NCBI GenBank assembly: GCA_016706865.1
Contig: JADJIS010000003.1
Location: forward strand, 18,030-82,029
Direction of reading: 5' to 3'
Source of the DNA: Bacteroidota bacterium
Lineage (GTDB): Bacteria; Bacteroidota; Bacteroidia; Chitinophagales; BACL12
DNA: 64,000 bases
Part shown: positions 38,098 to 46,362 of the stretch, piece by piece
Numbering within the stretch: the stretch's first letter is position 1
How the letters are laid out: the number at the start of each line of letters is the position of its first letter
Position numbers and translations under genes: made by a program
Notes under the pieces: model-generated
The model's input: the letters and a program-made list of their open reading frames with translations, nothing else
Told to the model about the DNA's origin: nothing
The model's database searches: none

Positions 38098-38487
38098 TCA
38101 CCATGTGCGATATACTCGCTCATAAATTGCATCAACAATTGAAACCAGTTCCATCATTTCGAAAGGTTTTTCAATAAAATGATCGGCGCCTGCATCGGTG
38201 CATCGTTCTCTGGCAATTGGATCTGCTGATATCATTAAAATAGGGAGATGTTTAAACTCTTCCTTTGCTTTCAATTCTCTGCAAATATCACAACCGTCGA
38301 TACCTGACAGATGCATATCCATAAGAATTATATGCGGTTTAATTTGCAAAATAAATTCTTCAATTTGTACCGCATTATCTCTTGTGGTTACATAATTGTA
38401 CCCCTTATGTTTCAACATAGCATTTAACATAAAAAGTATATCCTCATTATCGTCAATTACCAATATGTGAAAATTTTCTTTCGACAT
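38098..38487 (-). CDS. stand-alone response regulator receiver (CheY-like)
   Basis: 129 aa. ILVIDDNEDIL, the phospho-acceptor context IILMDMHLSGIDG and a conserved K in the FIEKPF region. Confidence 0.9.
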   Translation of the reverse strand: MSKENFHILVIDDNEDILFMLNAMLKHKGYNYVTTRDNAVQIEEFILQIKPHIILMDMHLSGIDGCDICRELKAKEEFKHLPILMISADPIARERCTDAGADHFIEKPFEMMELVSIVDAIYERVYRTW

Positions 38488-38496
38488 AAATTGTGA

Positions 38497-41400
38497 TTAA
38501 TGGTTTTGAAATATTGGAAGGGAAAAATAAAAAATGGATCCTTTTGGTGTTGCACTTTTAACGCCAATCTCTCCATTATGTCGTTGAATGATTTCGGCGG
38601 CTATAAATAAACCGATTCCAAAGCCGGGAAATGTTTTTTCATTTTTTCCTTCCACCCTGTAAAAACGTTCAAATATCTTTTTCTGGTCAGCCTGTGAAAT
38701 TCCAATTCCTCTGTCTTCCACTGAAACTAAAATTTTATCATTTAAAACATCTGAATTCACATAAATTTCCAAACTATTTGGGGAATATTTAATTGCATTG
38801 GTCAGAAAATTTGTTAAAACCTGAGCAATTCTAATACGATCGGCTAAAACATGAGCATTGTTTTGTTTTGTAAAAATTATCTTATGTTCAGGATTAACAT
38901 AATTGATCTCATTTATTACTTCTTCCACTAATTGATGCATACAAAATTCTTGTTTTTGTAAGGAAAGATATCCGGACTTTATCTTAGAAAGATCTAGTAA
39001 CTCGGCAATGAGATTGGTCATTTTATTTATTTGGTTTCCTAATTTATTCAGTGAGTCTTTTAAGAACACATCATCATCCGCAGAATACATTGATTGAAGA
39101 AGTTGCACATATCCTTTAATGGAAGTGATAGGTGTTTTTAGTTCATGACTGGCCATTTTAATAAAATAATCTTTTTGCTGATCCTGTTCCCGCAAATCGT
39201 GTATATCTGTACTAGTACCCACCCACATCTGAATATTTCCATTTCCATCATGTTGCGGAATTGCTCTGCTTAGCTGCCATCTATATTCACCATCGGATCG
39301 TTTAAAACGATGTTCAAAAACAAAATCAACTCCCGTGGCAATGGTTTTTTGCCAGACATTTTTACTTTCTTCCTGATCTTCCGGATGGACAATTTGCAGC
39401 CATCCTTTCTCCATCAATGATTCATTATTCAAGCCTGAAAATTCGAATAAAGATTTATTAAAATAATTCAGATTACCTTTCTTATCTGCCGTCCATATAA
39501 ATTGTGGCATTGCATCAGCTAGCAGCCTGAATTTGAGTTCTCTTTCTTTTAAATTTTGTTGATAATTAATTTCATCCGTAATATCCCGGATTGTACCTAT
39601 TAATTTTATCGGATTTTTATTTTCATCATAAAACACTTTTCCTTTACCCTCTATCCATCGCAAAACATTTTTATTGGTAGTTATTCTAGTTTGGTAGTGC
39701 AAAAAACCGGTTTTGAATGCATCCTTATATGCTTGTTCTCTTATTGCACGATCACCCGGATGCAAATGATTTGTTAATTGTTCATGCGTTAATTCTTTAT
39801 ATTCGTCATATCCTAGAATATTCAAATATTTTTGTGAATATTTAGGAACCTTTGTAACCCAATCCAGTTCCCAGGTTCCCAAGCCACCGGCGTCAATTAT
39901 TATATTGAGTTTTTCATCCTCTTCCTTTAATTTGGTTTCATAAATTTTGCGATCGTTAATGTCGACACAAGCACCAATATAACCCTCAAATATTCCTTCC
40001 ATCGAATATCTTGGCGTGCCTTTATATGATATCCATCGGTACTCTCCGTCATAACGTTTTAACCGATATTCCATGTAAAATTCTTTTCTATTTTCAAAAG
40101 CATAATTATAGGTATCCAGGCAAAATTTTTGGTCGTCGATATGTACTCCATTTATCCATCCATCACCAATTTCATCCTCCAAAGTTTTTCCGGTGAATTG
40201 TAACCAAGCCGAATTAAAGAAGTTGCATTTTTTATCGCTTCCTGCCATCCAAATAAATACAGGTGCTTCGTTGGCAATTTTTCGGAATCTTTTTTCACTC
40301 TCGTCAATTTTATTATAGGCATTAATCAGAAATTCTTCTGCTTTTTTTTGATCCTGCACATCGGTAAATGACCCGATCCATTTTATTATATTTCCATCTT
40401 CATCTTTAATCGGTTCGCCCTTTCCTTGAAACCAATGGTATTGTCCGGATTTATTTTTTAAGCGCAGTTCAATGAAATATTTTTTTCCACTTTTTAAACA
40501 ATTGGTCCATTCTTCAATTACCCTTGGCAGGTCATCGGGATGTGTGATCTTTTCAAATGTTTCGGCTCCGTAAGGATCCAAACCTGTAAACTCTGACCAT
40601 CGTTCGGATGCGAATGTCTGTTTTCCTTCGCTATCGGTTGCCCAAACCAATTCCTGCAGTGAGTTTGATAATTGGCGGAATTGTTTTTCACTTTCCTCTA
40701 TTTCCTTTCTCATTTTAACGTGATAAGTTACATCCAATGCTATTGCGTTTATACCTTTTATTGTACCATCAGGTTCACGCAAGGGAACCAATACTACGCT
40801 GATGTATATGGTTTGCATTTTACCCTTACGCATTATATTAACGCTTAATTCCTCCGCTTTAAATTTTTGACCAGTATTATAAACGTTATCCATTATGGAT
40901 TCAAATCCCTGTTGTGCCAGTTCGGGGATAGCTTCAAAAATATTTTTATTTAATAATTGTTCTGAAGTTCTTGAAAGTAGATTCAACATCAGCTCGTTTA
41001 TTATCGTAACAACATGATTTTTACCGATAAAAATACATTTTGCAACCGGCGATTGAAGTATGCTGTTTAAATATTGTTCGTTACTTAGTTCTAATAATTT
41101 AATTGTTTTAACCTTTTCAGTAGTTTCAACACAAGTTACCAGCACTCCGTTTATCATATGAAACTCGTCAAACACGGGACTGTAACTGAAGGTCCAATGA
41201 ACATCTTCAATTTTTCCGTTTCTAAAAATTGGTAACAGCTGATCTTCACTCCAGGTTGGTTTTCCTTCATAAAAAACCTGGTGTATCAACGGTTCAATTA
41301 TATCCCATATTTCTGGCCATGCTTGTTCTGCATTCATGCCTAAAATGTCAGGATGTTTTCCATTAATTCCGAGCGATGGCCTATACGCATCATTATAAAA

Positions 41401-41610
41401 ACATGTAAATTCATTACCCCAAAAAAGAAACATAGGGAATTTAGAATGTAAAATAAGAGATAGGGTAGTTCTCAGAGTATTTGGCCAATTTTCATAGGGT
41501 CCCAGAGGTGTTTCAGACCAATCCTTATTTAAAATAAGTTCACCCATTTCACCTGTAGAATGAAATATTTTTTCCAACGCTGATGATTTATGCGTGTCGA
41601 TTTTTTGCAT
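38497..41610 (-). CDS. multi-PAS sensor histidine kinase
   Basis: Several PAS/PAC repeats (recurrent ..YRW.. and WIGS/VGTxxDI motifs). H-box MASHELKTPITSI. HATPase N, G1 and G2 boxes (NAIKYS, DRGIGI, GFGIGL). Start at ATG 41610. Confidence 0.9.
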   Translation of the reverse strand: MQKIDTHKSSALEKIFHSTGEMGELILNKDWSETPLGPYENWPNTLRTTLSLILHSKFPMFLFWGNEFTCFYNDAYRPSLGINGKHPDILGMNAEQAWPEIWDIIEPLIHQVFYEGKPTWSEDQLLPIFRNGKIEDVHWTFSYSPVFDEFHMINGVLVTCVETTEKVKTIKLLELSNEQYLNSILQSPVAKCIFIGKNHVVTIINELMLNLLSRTSEQLLNKNIFEAIPELAQQGFESIMDNVYNTGQKFKAEELSVNIMRKGKMQTIYISVVLVPLREPDGTIKGINAIALDVTYHVKMRKEIEESEKQFRQLSNSLQELVWATDSEGKQTFASERWSEFTGLDPYGAETFEKITHPDDLPRVIEEWTNCLKSGKKYFIELRLKNKSGQYHWFQGKGEPIKDEDGNIIKWIGSFTDVQDQKKAEEFLINAYNKIDESEKRFRKIANEAPVFIWMAGSDKKCNFFNSAWLQFTGKTLEDEIGDGWINGVHIDDQKFCLDTYNYAFENRKEFYMEYRLKRYDGEYRWISYKGTPRYSMEGIFEGYIGACVDINDRKIYETKLKEEDEKLNIIIDAGGLGTWELDWVTKVPKYSQKYLNILGYDEYKELTHEQLTNHLHPGDRAIREQAYKDAFKTGFLHYQTRITTNKNVLRWIEGKGKVFYDENKNPIKLIGTIRDITDEINYQQNLKERELKFRLLADAMPQFIWTADKKGNLNYFNKSLFEFSGLNNESLMEKGWLQIVHPEDQEESKNVWQKTIATGVDFVFEHRFKRSDGEYRWQLSRAIPQHDGNGNIQMWVGTSTDIHDLREQDQQKDYFIKMASHELKTPITSIKGYVQLLQSMYSADDDVFLKDSLNKLGNQINKMTNLIAELLDLSKIKSGYLSLQKQEFCMHQLVEEVINEINYVNPEHKIIFTKQNNAHVLADRIRIAQVLTNFLTNAIKYSPNSLEIYVNSDVLNDKILVSVEDRGIGISQADQKKIFERFYRVEGKNEKTFPGFGIGLFIAAEIIQRHNGEIGVKSATPKGSIFYFSLPIFQNH

Positions 41611-41830
41611 TAATGATTTTATAGGTATAAGTTTTATAAATTTATAATAAAAAATGCAAGCGTTGTACCGGCAATTCCTTGCCGCTGTTATCAATGCAAT
41701 CCTTAAATCGTTAAATTTTGTTGAAAGGGTAAAATTATTTTTTCAAAAAATATACCAGAATCTCTACAATATCATAATCTCAGGGGAAAAGAGTGTAATA
41801 AATTCCACAATATAATATTTTAAAATTAAA

Positions 41831-41846
41831 GTGGAAAAAATTCCAC
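41831..41846. promoter_or_regulatory. perfect palindrome GTGGAA-AAAA-TTCCAC in divergent promoter region (possible operator)
   Basis: Lies between the kinase start (41610, minus) and the topoisomerase IB start (41958, plus). A third TTCCAC half-site sits at 41803-41808. Confidence 0.3.
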
Positions 41847-41957
41847 ATATTTTGGAATAAAATACACATGTTTCACACGTTGATCTGGATTAGATTCCCC
41901 AATTTGAGTGATTTTAATCAGGCATTTGATTTGAATCCAGCAACATTCCTGTCGAAT

Positions 41958-43058
41958 ATGGAAAAACTGGAGACTATTGATCTACCTGACCACAAACTTG
42001 CGGTAATTAATACCGACTTGATCAAAAATGCAAGATCAGTTGACCTGATTTATGTAAGTGATTCGCAGGAGGGCATTTTGCGCAAGCGAAGGGGCGCAGG
42101 ATTTTATTATGTTTTTAGGGACAAAACACTTAAAGATAAATTGGTTTTGGAGCGAATAAAATCTTTGGTGATTCCACCGGCATGGGAAAAAGTTTGGATA
42201 TGTTCAAAGGAGAATGGACATCTTCAGGTTACGGGTTTAGACAATAAAAAAAGAAAACAATATAAATATCATCCATTATGGAATTCTGTCCGCAACCAAA
42301 CTAAATTCTACCGTTTAAAGGAGTTTGGAAAAGTTCTGCCGATAATTCGTTTACAGTTGGAAAAAGATCTCTCTTTACCGGGTATGCCGGTTGAAAAAGT
42401 TTTGGCAACCATAGTTAGTTTAATGGAAAGAACGCATATCAGAATAGGAAATAATATGTATGAAAAATTGTATGGTTCCTTCGGACTTACCACATTAAAA
42501 GATAATCATGTTAAAATATCAGGTCAGGAATTGCGTTTTATTTTTAAAGGGAAAAAGGGAGTGGAGCATGATATTCATATAAAAAATAAAAAGTTATCGC
42601 GCATTGTTCAAAAATGTAAGGATATTCCGGGGAAAGAACTTTTTCAATATGTTGATGAATCCGGCACCAGAAAAACTGTTGACTCAGGAATGGTAAATCA
42701 TTATATTAAAACAATTTGCGGACAGGATTTTACTGCTAAAGATTTTAGAACCTGGGCCGGAACTTTGGAAGCATTACTTGCGTTTAAAGAAATTGGATTT
42801 TTTAATACAGTTACCGAATCAAAAAAGAATATTACGCAGGCTTTGGAAATGGTTTCCAAACAGTTGGGAAATACTAAAAATGTATGCAAAACTTATTATG
42901 TGCATCCGGTTGTATTGACGTTGTATGAGAATGGAACATTGAAGAAGTATATTAAAGAACTGGATGCTATTGAGGTGGATGATGATAAAGCTGGGTTGAC
43001 AAGTGCGGAGCTGGTGTTGATGAAGATATTAACTGGTGGGAAGCGGACGCTTCGATGA
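41958..43058 (+). CDS. DNA topoisomerase IB (poxvirus/eukaryote-like, bacterial form)
   Basis: PPAWEKVWI, the DNKKRKQYKYH region, FIFKGKKG, AKDFRTWAGT, and CKTYYVHP containing the catalytic Tyr context. Start placed at ATG 41958. The last 6 codons and the stop lie inside a REP element. Confidence 0.85.
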   Translation: MEKLETIDLPDHKLAVINTDLIKNARSVDLIYVSDSQEGILRKRRGAGFYYVFRDKTLKDKLVLERIKSLVIPPAWEKVWICSKENGHLQVTGLDNKKRKQYKYHPLWNSVRNQTKFYRLKEFGKVLPIIRLQLEKDLSLPGMPVEKVLATIVSLMERTHIRIGNNMYEKLYGSFGLTTLKDNHVKISGQELRFIFKGKKGVEHDIHIKNKKLSRIVQKCKDIPGKELFQYVDESGTRKTVDSGMVNHYIKTICGQDFTAKDFRTWAGTLEALLAFKEIGFFNTVTESKKNITQALEMVSKQLGNTKNVCKTYYVHPVVLTLYENGTLKKYIKELDAIEVDDDKAGLTSAELVLMKILTGGKRTLR

Positions 43059-43119
43059 ATGTTGCACAAGCCTAAGGCTTGCGCTATTTTTGTTGAGCTG
43101 CACGCCGAAGGCGTGCAGC
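43038..43119 (+). repeat. REP cluster, left: three GC-rich hairpins
   Basis: GAAGCGGACGCTTC (43040-43053), GCACAAGCC-TA-AGGCTTGCGC (43064-43084) and the perfect GCTGCACGCC-GAA-GGCGTGCAGC (43097-43119). Confidence 0.85.
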
Positions 43120-43310
43120 TATAGGCGTAAGGATTACATTTTTGCGTAATAATTAAAAAAAAAGTAGTGCCTGCCCATTAATTTTACTTTCCTTTAATTA
43201 ACAATTAAAAATTAACATGTTTTATTAAAGACACTCACCATTTTTTATTTTTTCTTTAAAATAATTGTATACATTTTTTTAACCGCTTAATAATTTAATT
43301 CTCGCTTCAT

Positions 43311-43361
43311 ATTTAATTTGAGGAGAAAAAATGGAACATTTTTTCTCCGTTCAAATTAAAT
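43311..43361. other. long AT-rich hairpin (23 bp in two helices with a 2-nt bulge, GAA loop) abutting the inverted REP upstream of the RAYT gene
   Basis: ATTTAATTTGAGGAGAAAAAATG-GAA-CATTTTTTCTCCGTTCAAATTAAAT, paired base by base by hand. Confidence 0.75.
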
Positions 43362-43408
43362 AGCGCAAGCCTTAGGCTTGTGCAAAATTCAGTAAAGCAT
43401 CCGCTTTT
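43358..43408 (-). repeat. REP, inverted copy
   Basis: GCGCAAGCCTTAGGCTTGTGC (43363-43383) is the exact reverse complement of 43064-43084. The flanking AAGCATCCGCTT is a diverged copy of GAAGCGGACGCTTC. Confidence 0.8.
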
Positions 43409-43455
43409 AATATTTTAATATTTCTTTTTATTTTTGAATTGTTTAATCCTTAATT

Positions 43456-44022
43456 ATGAGCAATAAATATAAATTTCGTAGTTACGAAGATCTTTATTTT
43501 ACTACACAAACTGTTGTTAATTGGGCAGATGTTTTTACAAGAAATTTGTATAAAAATATTGTCATCGACAGCTTGAAATTTTGTCAGGAAAAAAAGGGAT
43601 TGGAAATTTATGCATGGGTGATGATGACAAATCATCTTCATTTTATTTTGGGCACACATCAAAACCCTTTGAATGAAATTTTACGCGATTTTAAAAGTTA
43701 TACTTCAAGAAGAATTAAAGATGCGCTTTATAATAATAATTATGAAAGCAGAAGATATTGGTTAACACATATGTTTGAATATGAAGGGCATAAAAACAGT
43801 AATAATGAAGAATGGCAATTTTGGCAACAGGATAATCATCCAATTCGTTTATTTAATGCAGATATAACGAGACAAAAATTAAATTATATTCATAATAATC
43901 CGGTGAAGGCCGGGTTTGTGGAGGAACCGGCGCATTGGGTTTATAGTAGTGCAGGGGATTATTTGGCGGATAGGAAGGGGTTGCTCGACATTTTATTATT
44001 AGAAGGTTTATATTATGTTTGA
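43456..44022 (+). CDS. REP-associated tyrosine transposase (RAYT; IS200/IS605-like Y1 HUH transposase)
   Basis: 188 aa. HUH motif in AWVMMTNHLHFIL. C-terminal catalytic-Tyr helix context RQKLNYIHNNPVKAG. Flanked by REP hairpins. Confidence 0.85.
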   Translation: MSNKYKFRSYEDLYFTTQTVVNWADVFTRNLYKNIVIDSLKFCQEKKGLEIYAWVMMTNHLHFILGTHQNPLNEILRDFKSYTSRRIKDALYNNNYESRRYWLTHMFEYEGHKNSNNEEWQFWQQDNHPIRLFNADITRQKLNYIHNNPVKAGFVEEPAHWVYSSAGDYLADRKGLLDILLLEGLYYV

Positions 44023-44078
44023 GGGAAGCGGACGCTTCAAAGAACGTTGCACAAGCCTAAGGCTTGCGCTATTTTTAT
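44023..44078 (+). repeat. REP, right direct copy
   Basis: Starts 1 nt after the RAYT stop. Hairpins at 44025-44038 and 44049-44069 are identical to those in the left copy. Confidence 0.85.
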
Positions 44079-44149
44079 TAGATGCTAGCCTGCGGCTTGC
44101 AGTGTGTTGTGGGTGTAAGTCCATTGGATGAACTTTTGGGTGTGGGAGT

Positions 44150-44340
44150 GGTTTCGAATAGCCGGGTATAGCAGCCGAAAGCCGCTTTCTAGCCCCGATT
44201 GTAGCGGAAACCCCTGCCGTGAATGAATTTTATTTTTTAGTTAATACATTTTGCATAGGTTGGATTTTTGGGTTTGAATTGATTAAAATAGGCAGGGTTG
44301 CAGCGAAAAGCGGGGGCGCGGCCCTGAAAAAACGCCGCGG
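44150..44340. repeat. GC-rich REP-like islands downstream of the RAYT locus
   Basis: Contains GATTGTAGCGGAAACCCC (44197-44214), identical to 7017-7034, and GGTTGCAGCGAAAAGC (44296-44311), related to 7058-7073. Confidence 0.6.
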
Positions 44341-44445
44341 ATGGTGCTTTAAATGGTGTTTGTTGACAGATAGTTAATCTATTTCGCACAGATACTTGGC
44401 TATTTGAGGAAAACTACCGATATTTGCACTCTCATTTTAAGAAGC

Positions 44446-44688
44446 ATGGCAAGAGTATGTGATTTATCAGGAAAAAGGACGGTTAGCGGGAACAATGTTT
44501 CTCACTCGAATCGTAGGACCCGCCGCAAGTTTTACCCGAATTTGCAGGATAAGAAGTTCTTCATAGCTGAGGAAAATCGTTGGGTTACCCTTAAAGTGGC
44601 TACCACCACGTTGAAAACCATCAACAAAAAAGGTATCAGCGCCTATTTGAAGGAATTGCGCGCATCAGGCAAAATAATTAAACTTTAA
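44446..44688 (+). CDS. rpmB: 50S ribosomal protein L28
   Basis: [34 protein letters not shown]... from ATG 44446. Confidence 0.95.
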   Translation: MARVCDLSGKRTVSGNNVSHSNRRTRRKFYPNLQDKKFFIAEENRWVTLKVATTTLKTINKKGISAYLKELRASGKIIKL

Positions 44689-44702
44689 ATCTTTTATAAG
44701 AG

Positions 44703-44891
44703 ATGGCAAAGAAGAGTAAAGGAAACAGAGTTCAGGTAATATTAGAATGCACTGAGCAAAAAAATACCGATGTTCCCGGTATCAGTCGCTATATTACTAC
44801 CAAAAGCAGACGTAATACGCCTGACAGGGTTGAGTTTAAAAAATACAATCCGTATTTGAAGAAAAAAACCGTTCACAAAGAAATTAAATAA
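44703..44891 (+). CDS. rpmG: 50S ribosomal protein L33
   Basis: [18 protein letters not shown]...[33 protein letters not shown]. Confidence 0.95.
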   Translation: MAKKSKGNRVQVILECTEQKNTDVPGISRYITTKSRRNTPDRVEFKKYNPYLKKKTVHKEIK

Positions 44892-44908
44892 CCTAAAGGA
44901 GGTATATT

Positions 44909-45091
44909 ATGGGAAAAATAAGTAAAAATGCCCGTGTTTCCGGCGGTGGAAAAGGAAAAATTTCCGGCGGTGGAAAAGAAATGGTAAAAGTAATTGTTAC
45001 CGAAAAATCGGCGAAAACCGGTGCCTACATCTTCAAAGAACGTATTGTTCATAAAGACAAGGTTCAGGATGTATTAAAAGGTAATGCTTAA
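44909..45091 (+). CDS. DUF4295-family small protein (conserved Bacteroidota partner of rpmG)
   Basis: 60 aa and Lys/Gly-rich, in the conserved position directly after rpmG and before ftsY. Confidence 0.75.
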   Translation: MGKISKNARVSGGGKGKISGGGKEMVKVIVTEKSAKTGAYIFKERIVHKDKVQDVLKGNA

Positions 45092-45113
45092 TTTCACCGG
45101 CTTACAATATTTA

Positions 45114-45142
45114 AAGCTTCTATGAAAGTAGAGGCTTTTTTT
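45114..45142 (+). terminator. intrinsic terminator after the rpmB-rpmG-DUF4295 operon
   Basis: AAGCTTCTA-TGAAAG-TAGAGGCTT (one G-U pair) followed by a T-run. Confidence 0.7.
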
Positions 45143-45163
45143 GTACCCCTAACTTAAAATTTC

Positions 45164-46114
45164 ATGGGTTTATTCAGCATTTTCAAAAAAGAACAAAAAG
45201 AGGATCTCAATAAAGGTTTAGAGAAAACCAAACAAAGTATTTTTTCGAGAATTACTAAGGCAATTGCCGGAAAAAATACTGTTGATGATGATTTTTTGGA
45301 TGAATTGGAAAATATTCTCATTTCCAGTGATGTGGGCGTGGAAACAACTCTTAAAATTATAGACAGATTAACAAAAAGAGTTGCAGGGGAAAAATATTTT
45401 GGCAGCAACGAATTAAATGAAATATTAAAAGAGGAAGTAGTAAAATTGCTTTCTGAAAATAATACTCCTGATTTTACAACATACGAAGTTCCGGCTAATA
45501 CAAAACCTTATATAGTTTTGGTAGTTGGTGTAAATGGTGTAGGCAAAACAACCACGATAGGAAAACTCGCCTATCAATTTAAACAAAGCGGAAAAAACGT
45601 TTTATTGGGTGCAGCGGATACCTTTCGCGCTGCAGCCGTTGATCAATTAACCATTTGGGCCGATAGAGTTGGGGTGCCCATTATTAAACAACAAATGGGT
45701 GCCGATCCTGCTGCGGTTGCTTTCGATACGGTTAATGCGGCAAAAACACAGAACGCTGATGTTGTATTAATAGATACCGCCGGTAGATTACACAATAAAG
45801 TAAATCTGATGAACGAATTATCGAAAATAAAAAGGGTAATTCAAAAAGTATATCCCGACGCACCTCATGATGTTTTATTGGTATTAGATGCATCAACCGG
45901 GCAAAACGCTTTTGAACAGGCAAAACAATTTACTGCGGCTACAGAAGTTACTTGTTTGGCGCTCACAAAATTGGATGGAACCGCAAAGGGCGGAGTTGTG
46001 TTAGGTATTGCAGATCAATTTAAAATTCCGGTTAAATATATTGGAGTGGGGGAGAAGATGCATCAGTTGCAGGTGTTTAATAAATCGGAATTTGTTGATT
46101 CACTGTTGGGCTGA
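45164..46114 (+). CDS. ftsY: signal recognition particle receptor FtsY
   Basis: SRP54-type GTPase: GVNGVGKTTTIGKLA, DTAGR, TKLDGTAKGG. Confidence 0.95.
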   Translation: MGLFSIFKKEQKEDLNKGLEKTKQSIFSRITKAIAGKNTVDDDFLDELENILISSDVGVETTLKIIDRLTKRVAGEKYFGSNELNEILKEEVVKLLSENNTPDFTTYEVPANTKPYIVLVVGVNGVGKTTTIGKLAYQFKQSGKNVLLGAADTFRAAAVDQLTIWADRVGVPIIKQQMGADPAAVAFDTVNAAKTQNADVVLIDTAGRLHNKVNLMNELSKIKRVIQKVYPDAPHDVLLVLDASTGQNAFEQAKQFTAATEVTCLALTKLDGTAKGGVVLGIADQFKIPVKYIGVGEKMHQLQVFNKSEFVDSLLG

Positions 46115-46122
46115 AGCCCAAA

Positions 46123-46182
46123 AATGTACCAATGTACCAATTAACAGCCAAATTAATGTACCAATTAACAGCCGCATTAACG
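46123..46182 (+). repeat. 8-mer/24-mer array (TGTACCAA; ATGTACCAATTAACAGCC x2) starting 9 nt after the ftsY stop
   Basis: aatgtaccaatgtaccaattaacagccaaattaatgtaccaattaacagccgcattaacg. Confidence 0.85.
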
Positions 46183-46286
46183 TAATAAAAATAAATTAAC
46201 ACTAATATCATCAATAACTTTTTAATTTAGTAAAATAATTCCACCATACCGATCACATAAGCAGCCGCAGGCAGCGGTTATATTGG

Positions 46287-46334
46287 GTTCATTGGTACAT
46301 TGGTACATTTAATTCATTGGTACATTTGATAAAT
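46287..46334 (+). repeat. inverted counterpart array (CATTGGTA x3) upstream of rimO
   Basis: ttcattggtacattggtacatttaattcattggtacatttgataaatg. Positions 46290-46308 are the exact reverse complement of 46123-46141. Confidence 0.85.
46320..46327 (+). promoter_or_regulatory. candidate Bacteroidota -7 promoter box TAcaTTTG for rimO
   Basis: Matches TAnnTTTG and lies 36 nt upstream of the rimO ATG. It is created by the last repeat word. No clear -33 TTTG was seen. Confidence 0.35.
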
Positions 46335-46362
46335 GTTCACAGCGAAGTAGAATTTAATAATA

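Larger units (their letters stand above)
43038..44078 (+). mobile_element. RAYT (REP-associated tyrosine transposase) locus bounded by 56-nt direct repeats carrying REP hairpins
   Basis: GGGAAGCGGACGCTTCgatgaatGTTGCACAAGCCTAAGGCTTGCGCTATTTTTgTT (43038-43093) repeats at 44023-44078 with about 5 mismatches. An inverted, more diverged copy lies at 43358-43408. The Y1-transposase gene sits between them. Confidence 0.8.

Noticed and set aside
46123-46308. The 19-bp inverted repeat as an intrinsic terminator for ftsY
   Set aside because: The loop would be 148 nt and no T-run follows. This is not a canonical terminator geometry.
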